The translations under genes and the position numbers were made by a program. Shown here piece by piece: positions 1 through 6,674 of a DNA stretch of 64,000 nucleotides. Within the stretch, counting starts at the first letter, position 1, and the number at the start of each line of letters is the position of its first letter. This DNA is from a virus, in IMG/VR virus record IMGVR_UViG_3300027896_000013. One strand, written 5' to 3'. The notes under the pieces are model-generated. The model ran no database searches, was not told the DNA's origin, and was given only the letters and a program-made list of their open reading frames with translations.

Positions 1-9
1 TTATTAAAA

Positions 10-129
10 TGGAGCGGCCGAAGGACTTTCACCTCATCAATCGGGTATAAACCGATTATCTTATATACTTCAGAGCCCAAGCCGGGTCACCGGTACGTTG
101 GCCCACGTGTATTATTAGACGATTACCGC
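10..129 (-). tRNA. tRNA-Ile(UAU)-like with ~45-nt expansion of the D-loop
   Basis: CCA end; anticodon arm AATCGG-TTTATAC-CCGATT; D stem GTCT/AGAT encloses 55 nt (62-116); acceptor stem imperfect. Confidence 0.6.
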
Positions 130-134
130 ATAAA

Positions 135-210
135 TGGTACGCATGCCGGGAATCCCACCCAGAACCCTAATTTAGAAGAATAGTATGATATGTATTTTCA
201 CCACACGCGC
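135..210 (-). tRNA. tRNA-Arg(UCU)
   Basis: Cloverleaf, anticodon loop CTTCTAA, CCA. Confidence 0.85.
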
Positions 211-211
211 A

Positions 212-841
212 TTAAACTATCGAAATAATCTCACGTTTCTGTTTTGACTTAGACAATGTAGATTCTTTCCCCATCCATTCATTGTAAGAACTGGTAAGCT
301 CTTTTGTTATATCAATAAAATCGCTACACAGATCTAAGTCGTAACCATGAGTATGATGCAATTTAGCAAGAGCTTCACCGTCGCTGCCATATTTTTTGAA
401 TAGAATAGGAACTTCTTGTTCTGCTCTTTTGCAAAGATTGTCATATTTTTCTTCCTCTATTCTGATAATCTCTCTAACGTGTTCAGATTTTTCTCTGAAG
501 TCTGCATAAGGGTTGTATTCCTTCATTGGGTTATTCGCTAAACATTGTGGAACTTCATCATCCCAACGAACCAATTCCCTAGACCTGCTGCAAAGGTAAC
601 ACTTATCAGTGCGTTCTGATCCTTCGAAATGATGAGCATCCACTAATTCCGGATCATGATAAGCATAAGTCGCTTTCCAAACATCATCTTGAGCGTCAAT
701 ATTTTTTGAAAAATAATCAGCTACAATAGCTTTATCTACCTTCTTAGGTGATATTAATAGTCTACGAACCTGTTGTGGTAATAATAAAACTAGCCTCTGT
801 AAAAATGTTGGGGTTGTATCTATTATACCTTTATGCATCAT
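212..841 (-). CDS. Protein with alanyl-tRNA synthetase helical-domain fragment
   Basis: IRIEEEKY...DGEALAKLHHTHGYDLDL resembles AlaRS EEE.F...DGE.AF.LYDTYGFP.DL; sigma70-like promoter just upstream. Confidence 0.6.
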   Translation of the reverse strand: MMHKGIIDTTPTFLQRLVLLLPQQVRRLLISPKKVDKAIVADYFSKNIDAQDDVWKATYAYHDPELVDAHHFEGSERTDKCYLCSRSRELVRWDDEVPQCLANNPMKEYNPYADFREKSEHVREIIRIEEEKYDNLCKRAEQEVPILFKKYGSDGEALAKLHHTHGYDLDLCSDFIDITKELTSSYNEWMGKESTLSKSKQKREIISIV

Positions 842-887
842 ATATAGATAATATGATATATGGTAGAGATATCAACTAAAAGAAATA

Positions 888-1006
888 ACCCTCTGAAGAA
901 AGGATTGAGCTTTCTCCGGAGAACCAAGGTACATTACTGCCCTTGAATGACCCCTACTGGTGCGCTTCAACCGATCGAGTTGCAACTCAATCAAGCGTGA
1001 AGGGTA
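888..1006 (-). ncRNA. Unassigned structured RNA
   Basis: Complementary ends (ACCCT/AGGGT) and internal hairpins in a tRNA-array spacer. Confidence 0.4.
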
Positions 1007-1014
1007 CTATTAAA

Positions 1015-1088
1015 TGGATCCCGCTACTGGTTACGCTCCAATTCTCTCAGGGTCAAAACCTGGTGTACTACTATTATACGAAGCGGGA
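1015..1088 (-). tRNA. tRNA-Gln(UUG)
   Basis: Cloverleaf, loop TTTTGAC, CCA. Confidence 0.85.
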
Positions 1089-1188
1089 ATAAATTGTTAC
1101 CTACCAACTTAGCCTCAGTCAGTAGGATTAGTGGTTTGCGGGTTAACCATATTTCAGATGCGACCCATAGCTCTTCAGCTAGATGAAA

Positions 1189-1263
1189 TGGCTGCTAGAG
1201 TAGGGGTTGCACCCACACCATCCAAGTTAACAGCTTGGTGAACTACTATTATTCGATCTAGCA
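1189..1263 (-). tRNA. tRNA-Asn(GUU)
   Basis: CCAAG-CTGTTAA-CTTGG arm, CCA. Confidence 0.9.
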
Positions 1264-1341
1264 ATAAATTATTCACCACCCTTTAACACTAAAGGTACTA
1301 TGTTTTCTAAGAATCTGCTATAAGATTCGTGGCTACTAAAT

Positions 1342-1418
1342 TGGAGTGTCCTGCGGGTAACGCTCCCGCTCGGTATTCACTTTGGAAGAGTGACGCCTCA
1401 CTTGTCGGCCAAGGACAC
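1342..1418 (-). tRNA. tRNA-Gly(UCC)
   Basis: TCACT-CTTCCAA-AGTGA arm, U73-CCA. Confidence 0.9.
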
Positions 1419-1423
1419 ATAAA

Positions 1424-1805
1424 TGGTGGAGTAGCCGGGAGTTGAACCCGGGTCTGAAGATCTTCTAATTACACTGAATTACAAGCTTTGTTGCGTTTTG
1501 CGCTACAACTACAGATTGTATACTGTAGAACTATTCCTCATGCTAACCGTGAGGATATCGGCTTTTCTCACTGCGACGATCGTTGAAGCCTTAGTGAGTT
1601 CAGACTTCGATCGGATTTCGGCTTTTAGGCCAAAACAGCGTCTGTGGCATATTTCGCCAACACTTCATCAGCGTTGTTGAAGATAGCTTCGACTTCATTC
1701 ATGATGTTGTCATTTATGATTTTGCACGATGTATTAACGAGGCCAACGTACGTCCTCGGCTTGCAGTCTAGGTTCGGTGATCTTCATCGATACCATTACT
1801 ACCCC
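1424..1805 (-). ncRNA. ssrA: tmRNA; predicted tag (A)DNIMNEVEAIFNNADEVLAKYATDAVLA at 1625-1711
   Basis: 5' GGGGTAG pairs with CTACTCCACCA (G3:U70), canonical T arm, ATAAAT before resume codon, tag ending VLA. Confidence 0.92.
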
Positions 1806-1815
1806 ATAAAAAAGA

Positions 1816-1889
1816 TGGTCGGGGTAGGCAGAATCGAACTGCCACCACATGATCCCAAATCATGTACACTACCACTATGCAATACCCCG
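1816..1889 (-). tRNA. tRNA-Pro(UGG)
   Basis: CATGA-TTTGGGA-TCATG arm, TTCGATT loop, CCA. Confidence 0.92.
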
Positions 1890-1896
1890 TTATAAA

Positions 1897-1914
1897 TGGT
1901 CGGAATGACAGGTA
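1897..1914 (-). pseudogene. 3' fragment of split tRNA-Pro
   Basis: TACCTGTCATTCCGACCA; CATTCCG pairs with CGGAATG at 2753-2759. Confidence 0.8.
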
Positions 1915-1930
1915 GAGAATAAATAATTGT

Positions 1931-2662
1931 ATGCAATTATTAATATCTACCGACCATCTGTTGACAAAATCTTATAAAGATCCGGTTCCTTGTAGATGTC
2001 TGCAATGTAAGCAAACATTTACAATACGCGCTACTCGCGCTAAAAGTATCTTAAAACAGCAAAAACTGGGTAAAGTTACTGATACAGCAGACTTCTGCTC
2101 ACAGAAATGTCATTACACGTACAAGCACACAGGAGTAACTGTTAATTGTGTCAATTGTGGTGCCCTGACATACGTTCAGCAGAAACTCTATATAAACTCT
2201 CGAAATAGGTTTTGCTCAAAAACCTGCCGAACCACATTTTGTAATGCTCACAAATCGTATGGTTATAGGCGATCAAAATTAGAAATCTATATTGAAAATC
2301 GTCTAAAGCAGGAATTTCCTACACTACCTATTGCGTTCAACGACACATCAGCAATTAACATTGAATTAGATATCTACTTACCTTCTTTGCGATTAGCATT
2401 TGAATTAAATGGTATCTTCCATTATGAACCGATCTTTAAAGAAGGTACGCTTGAGCGAACACAAGAACGAGACCAGCGTAAAATTTTAGAATGCAGTATT
2501 AAAGATATTGAGCTCTGCGTTATAAATACAACAGCTCAAAAATACTTTAAAGAAGCCACGGCAGAGCCATTTTACAGTATCATTAAAACTCTAATAACAA
2601 AAAACCTTAATAGACAGTACTGTTCTGAAATGGTCCACGCGACAGGTAACGCTCCTGCTTAA
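1931..2662 (+). CDS. Putative homing endonuclease, Zn-finger repeats + Vsr/EDxHD-like nuclease
   Basis: CxxC/FCSxxC repeats; ELDIYLP..LAFELNGIFHY; TAAATA upstream. Confidence 0.75.
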   Translation: MQLLISTDHLLTKSYKDPVPCRCLQCKQTFTIRATRAKSILKQQKLGKVTDTADFCSQKCHYTYKHTGVTVNCVNCGALTYVQQKLYINSRNRFCSKTCRTTFCNAHKSYGYRRSKLEIYIENRLKQEFPTLPIAFNDTSAINIELDIYLPSLRLAFELNGIFHYEPIFKEGTLERTQERDQRKILECSIKDIELCVINTTAQKYFKEATAEPFYSIIKTLITKNLNRQYCSEMVHATGNAPA

Positions 2663-2708
2663 TGACTAGTTCCCAAAACTAGTGGGTTCACTTTTTCCCT
2701 ACGCGTGG
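2631..2708 (-). tRNA. tRNA-Pro(UGG), intact copy inside the insertion
   Basis: CTAGT-TTTGGGA-ACTAG arm, CCACGCG/CGCGTGG acceptor, CCA. Confidence 0.85.
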
Positions 2709-2711
2709 TTC

Positions 2712-2759
2712 CTTGATCTTGCTCCCAAACCGAGTGCCTCACTTTTAGGCTACATTCCG
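2712..2759 (-). pseudogene. 5' fragment of split tRNA-Pro(UGG)
   Basis: CGGAATG, D arm, TTTGGGA loop with mismatched stem. Confidence 0.8.
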
Positions 2760-2761
2760 TT

Positions 2762-2851
2762 ATAGTTGGGCCCTTTGTGGAACAAGCATTTAGTCCGTGA
2801 ACCTTTCTGGAACTCACAGATGCTTCTAGGACTTTCACCTACACCAACTAT
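2762..2851 (-). ncRNA. Circularly permuted tRNA-like (YrlA-type topology) RNA
   Basis: Terminal stem ATAGTTGG/CCAACTAT; T-like arm TAGG-TGAAAGT-CCTA, then closed AAGCAT/ATGCTT stem, then small D-like hairpin. Confidence 0.5.
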
Positions 2852-2957
2852 TAAATACTGCCCCCCAGTGAACTATTCACGAGAATCGCACTGCCCGATT
2901 CCAGGAGGACTTCCAGCTGTCCATTTGATGCGGAATTGAACCGCTCAGCTGGTTAAA

Positions 2958-3032
2958 TGGCGCCTCATTCCGGTGCCGCCCCGGAGACTGCGAATAGACA
3001 GTTCGCTATGATAACTGTTTCAACAATGAGGC
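2958..3032 (-). tRNA. tRNA-Asp(GUC)
   Basis: GCGAA-CTGTCTA-TTCGC arm, G73-CCA. Confidence 0.88.
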
Positions 3033-3068
3033 TCTTGAAAAGTGTTACACTCTCGCTTAAGTATTTAT

Positions 3069-3962
3069 ATGAATAACTCCGAAGTGCATGAATACCTATC
3101 TAAGTTTAAATATAGTGATCTAGTAAATTTGACGTGTTCATTTTGTATGTCTCCTATACAAATTCGAAAGCGAGACGCTATTCAACAACTACGATATCGT
3201 GGTAGATTATCATGTAGTTCAGGTTGTGCACGAACCCATTCGAAGTGTGTAATAGTCTCTTGCGCACAATGTAAAAAACCTGTAAAGAGATCACTCAAAT
3301 ATAAATCTAAACACTCATTCTGTTCACGATCTTGTTCTGCTATATTCAATAATAAATTAAAAGATTATAGTTGGATAACACCCGAATTTAAACAGAAATT
3401 ATCAATCAAGATGAAAAATATTCCACCAGCTGGTTTTAGATTAAATCCTAAGTTATACGGTAGTAAAGGTGGTAGATGTAGTAAACGGAAATTGCCTCGC
3501 ATCGAATCAATATGTCAAAACAAATCATGCAATAAAATCTTTGAACATATATCAACAACTAAACGTGTTTACTGCTGCAGAGCTTGTGCAGATCAAAATC
3601 GTTATCATCCAAATTCTACCATTGTTCATCGCTCAACATATAAAGATCAACAAATGGATTCTGGTGCGGAACTTATTTTTGCAAAGCTACTCGACACAGT
3701 TAACATAAAATGGATTAAAAATCAGACTCAATATTTCTCATTTATTGGCTTAAATGGAAAGCAGAAAAGATACTACCCAGATTTCTTTTTACCTGATCAT
3801 AATTTATGGATAGAAATTAAAGGCAAACGATATATAAGGCCTGATGATGAATTGCGAAGAGCGGCTGTTGGTAATATTGTTCTTATAATGGCATCAGAAC
3901 TTCGCAATTCATCAGCTGTTTTATCAAAAATAACGCAGATTCGCCAGGCCGGCTCTGCGTAA
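3069..3962 (+). CDS. Putative homing endonuclease, Zn-finger repeats + PD-(D/E)xK nuclease
   Basis: Several CxxC/CSxxC; MDSGAE...YYPDFFLP...IEIKG; start moved to ATG after TAAGTA. Confidence 0.75.
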   Translation: MNNSEVHEYLSKFKYSDLVNLTCSFCMSPIQIRKRDAIQQLRYRGRLSCSSGCARTHSKCVIVSCAQCKKPVKRSLKYKSKHSFCSRSCSAIFNNKLKDYSWITPEFKQKLSIKMKNIPPAGFRLNPKLYGSKGGRCSKRKLPRIESICQNKSCNKIFEHISTTKRVYCCRACADQNRYHPNSTIVHRSTYKDQQMDSGAELIFAKLLDTVNIKWIKNQTQYFSFIGLNGKQKRYYPDFFLPDHNLWIEIKGKRYIRPDDELRRAAVGNIVLIMASELRNSSAVLSKITQIRQAGSA

Positions 3963-4005
3963 GCCTTTGTAGGTTCCACTGCCACTGGCAGGTAACAAAT
4001 TGAAT

Positions 4006-4120
4006 TCTCTATCTAGGTCTCATGTTCATCACCTAGCCAATCCCGTATATCCTGCCTTCTACCTTATTAGGGTGGGGATATGCTGCTGTTCCATCGTCAG
4101 GCTCTCTTACATCAATAGAG
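4006..4120 (-). ncRNA. Unassigned structured RNA
   Basis: CTCTAT/ATAGAG ends, two internal hairpins. Confidence 0.4.
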
Positions 4121-4123
4121 AAA

Positions 4124-4209
4124 TGGTGCGCCGTGATGGAGTTGCACCACCCGAGCCTTTCGACACGAGATTTACAGTCTCGCCCGCTACTCCTACGGTC
4201 TAACGACGC
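4124..4209 (-). tRNA. tRNA-Tyr(GUA)
   Basis: CGAGA-CTGTAAA-TCTCG arm, long variable arm, CCA. Confidence 0.92.
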
Positions 4210-4212
4210 AAA

Positions 4213-4287
4213 TGGTTGCAGGGGCATCGTTGCAGATGCATTTTGAGGTTATGAGCCTCACGAGTTGGCGATTACTCCACTCCTGCG
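4213..4287 (-). tRNA. tRNA-Met(CAU), initiator-like
   Basis: CTCATAA loop, C1:A72 mismatch, CCA. Confidence 0.8.
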
Positions 4288-4294
4288 TCAAAAT

Positions 4295-4504
4295 TGGTGT
4301 AGGTCTCCGGAATCTCACCGGCCTTCTTGTCGCGGTTTCATCTCTATTTTAATCTAATATAACTAACTATCATCCAACACTTACCGCAAGCGGTAATATA
4401 TGTCTTTTAAGATCTCCTCACCTCTAATATAGAAGACAAGAGACTTAAAAGGTTATATATTATCCATAATATATAGACAATTGTGCATTTTACACCTAGC
4501 CTAC
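4295..4504 (-). tRNA. tRNA body with 144-nt structured sequence in place of anticodon loop; identity unresolved
   Basis: Acceptor, D arm, TTGTC/GACAA stem, T arm and CCA flank 4332-4475. Confidence 0.65.
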
Positions 4505-4546
4505 AAATTCAGTATAGATGAATTGATAATTAAATCAACATAAAAG

Positions 4547-4693
4547 TGGTGCGCTGAGCAGGATTCGAACTGTAGTAATACAATCAATTGAGTTGTATCA
4601 CAACAATAGACTCATGTGGATTCCGGTCTACCACTGCTAACTGCAACCTCCCGGCTAAACACCGGGCGCCATTACCTGTTAGGCCATCAGCGC
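4547..4693 (-). tRNA. tRNA (central anticodon UUU, atypical G33) with 70-nt insertion in T stem
   Basis: Removing 4571-4640 gives GCAGG-TTCGAAT-CCTGC; perfect acceptor GCGCTGA/TCAGCGC, CCA. Confidence 0.75.
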
Positions 4694-4703
4694 ATAAATT
4701 TTT

Positions 4704-4900
4704 GCGTAAGCTAGTAGGCAAACTATTAACATCTCACACCCCTCAAATGGGGCTCGGATATCATGTGCTTCTCTGCACCATCTTAAGCTAAAAGAGCACG
4801 AGTAATAGGCAAACTCCACGCTACCATCTACACTGATCACTCAGCTACACCGGGCATTCCCAGCTAACGGAGCATTTGGGTGCTTCTCTGCATTACTCGT
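4704..4900 (-). ncRNA. Two tandem related RNAs (4704-4788, 4798-4900)
   Basis: Both have TGCAGAGAAGCAC...AGTTTGCCTA inside closing stems. Confidence 0.55.
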
Positions 4901-4909
4901 AAACGAATC

Positions 4910-4999
4910 AGTAGAGTGAGGGATTTGAACCGGAGGAGCTACCTCTTTCTCTCGAGCCGGTCAGAGCTCTTTTCCATGCCGTGTACTTAGGCCTCTACT
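4910..4999 (-). pseudogene. Degenerate tRNA-like element
   Basis: AGTAGAG/CTCTACT stem, GGTTCAAATCC T loop, no CCA, irregular arms. Confidence 0.45.
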
Positions 5000-5967
5000 A
5001 AATGGTTTAAAATTTCCTGTTTAATGTCATCTACTTTACCAGCATGAAGTACAATATTATTTTGTTCACGAACTAATCTAAGCTTTTCAGCATCTTGTTT
5101 CATCTTATATGGATTTTTCGGATCTAAATAAACATTAAGAGCCGGTAAAAAGAAATCTGGGTAATACCGGCGACGTTTACCGCTACCATCAATATACCAT
5201 AGCATTAATTTTCTACTCCGTCGCCATTCGATATTCTTTTCATCTAAAAATTTTGCGATATCAACTTCCCAACTTGAATCCATTAAAATATCTTTGTATC
5301 TATACCGCTTAAAATTAGTCTCACCACCACAATTTGGATTAGCTAGTGAATTACGTGAAAGTAGTTTACTCTTACAGTCAGGACTACAGGTCTTTGCAAT
5401 TCTTGTGGATTTTCTTGTAATAAAATTAGCGTCACAGATTATACATTTTGTAAATATAAATCGTGGAAATTGGGTCATATCTAAATCTTCTACTCTCTTA
5501 CTCGGTGATGAGGAGAGATATAACCGCGGATGTGTTGCGTAATATTGTTTCTGCTGTTGCTTGCGTATTTCAACTTTACATGTATCACAATAAATTTCAG
5601 GTACATTTATATAAGTTGTTACTAACTTCTTACAACCTTTACACGGTATTTCTTTTCGTTGTTTAGCTAATATCGGTATGTTATATTGGCGAGAACATTT
5701 ATGTGAACAACATTGTTGTGAACGATTTTTAAATGGTATATATCGCTGGCACACCGGGCAATGTTTAGGTGATTTATTGTATAATATTTCTGCTTCAATC
5801 AACTCTACTCTACCACCCGATCTACCTAGGTACTGTGGAAATGTTCGTTTTAATAACTCTCTACTAATATGTAGTTGGCGCGCGATCCAATCTGTCGGTC
5901 GGTGCTCAGTATGCCACTTCAGTATCTGTTGTCTATTTTCCTCAATAATTCGTTGTTGCTTACCCAT
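4987..5967 (-). CDS. Putative homing endonuclease, HTH + Zn fingers + PD-(D/E)xK nuclease
   Basis: CxxC repeats; MDSSWE...YYPDFFLP..VYLDPKN; TAAGTA upstream. Confidence 0.75.
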   Translation of the reverse strand: MGKQQRIIEENRQQILKWHTEHRPTDWIARQLHISRELLKRTFPQYLGRSGGRVELIEAEILYNKSPKHCPVCQRYIPFKNRSQQCCSHKCSRQYNIPILAKQRKEIPCKGCKKLVTTYINVPEIYCDTCKVEIRKQQQKQYYATHPRLYLSSSPSKRVEDLDMTQFPRFIFTKCIICDANFITRKSTRIAKTCSPDCKSKLLSRNSLANPNCGGETNFKRYRYKDILMDSSWEVDIAKFLDEKNIEWRRSRKLMLWYIDGSGKRRRYYPDFFLPALNVYLDPKNPYKMKQDAEKLRLVREQNNIVLHAGKVDDIKQEILNHLVEA

Positions 5968-6020
5968 ATATCAATACTTATGTAATAAGTATGGTGGAGC
6001 AACTAGTTTTTACAGAGACG

Positions 6021-6093
6021 TGGAGATGGTCGGTACCGCCCCGACTTCTACCGGGTGCAAACCGGTCGTGTTACCTTTTAGCACTACACCCCC
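6021..6093 (-). tRNA. tRNA-Ala(UGC), CCA not adjacent
   Basis: ACCGG-TTTGCAC-CCGGT, G3:U70; displaced CTCCACCA copy at 5992-5999. Confidence 0.88.
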
Positions 6094-6104
6094 ATAAAAT
6101 TAGA

Positions 6105-6195
6105 TAGGCTGCGTACTATCCGCTATACGATCCGAGCGCGGCGGTATCTCTACCGCTTACCCAGGTGGGATTCGAACCCTTAGTACGTTTCAGTT
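6105..6195 (-). ncRNA. Circularly permuted tRNA-like RNA
   Basis: GGG-TTCGAAT-CCC T arm precedes a closed acceptor-like stem and a consensus D arm GTAT-AGCGGATA-GTAC. Confidence 0.6.
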
Positions 6196-6199
6196 AGAT

Positions 6200-6274
6200 T
6201 GGTAGTCCATAGCAGTAACGCTCTGCTTTATCCTGTTAGAGAGACAGGCGAATTAACTTTTATTCTAATGGACC
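6200..6274 (-). tRNA. tRNA-Glu(CUC)
   Basis: CCTGT-CTCTCTA-ACAGG arm, CCA. Confidence 0.85.
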
Positions 6275-6284
6275 ATAAATACGA

Positions 6285-6359
6285 TGCTGGTGTTTTGCTA
6301 ATGCTAAACTACACTAGTTTTTGTTACTAGCGGCGGACCTTGCACCCACGACTCCAGCA
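6285..6359 (-). ncRNA. Circularly permuted tRNA opened at the anticodon loop
   Basis: TGCTGG-AGTC-T arm-CGCTAGT(AACAAAA)ACTAGTG-TA-D arm-A-CCAGCA. Confidence 0.75.
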
Positions 6360-6365
6360 AATTGA

Positions 6366-6501
6366 ATTAGAAGGTAGAACTGTCTACCCAGTTTGGAGCC
6401 ACAGACGCGATGAACTTCTCAGTATTCACCAGCTCTCAGACAAAATTGAACGAGTGCATTGGCCGTCATTCTCACTTCCTGCCTTATTTCTAAGGTTCTA
6501 A
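6366..6501 (-). ncRNA. Unassigned structured RNA
   Basis: TTAGAA/TTCTAA ends with internal hairpins. Confidence 0.3.
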
Positions 6502-6503
6502 AT

Positions 6504-6578
6504 TGGTAGCCTTGGTAGGAGTTTCACCTACAACCTTCCACTAATCGGGTGGATACTCTAAAGTTGAGTTACAAGGCC
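6504..6578 (-). tRNA. tRNA-Ile(GAU)
   Basis: TCCAC-CCGATTA-GTGGA arm (C33), CCA. Confidence 0.82.
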
Positions 6579-6584
6579 GTAAAT

Positions 6585-6660
6585 TGGTACCCCTGGCGAT
6601 GGTTGCAATCGCTGTCGCTCGGTTAAAAGCCGAATGCTTATCTCGTTAAGCTTCAAGGGC
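6585..6660 (-). tRNA. tRNA-Lys(UUU)
   Basis: CTTTTAA loop, CCA. Confidence 0.88.
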
Positions 6661-6674
6661 GTTAAATTGAAATT

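Noticed and set aside
1093-1186. c-di-GMP riboswitch or HDV-like theta ribozyme after tRNA-Asn
   Set aside because: Only fragments (GCAAA, GGTAGGTA, CTAA); required helices could not be built
4006-4120. Hammerhead ribozyme (CTGACGA present)
   Set aside because: No stem II followed by GAAA and no cleavage triplet geometry found
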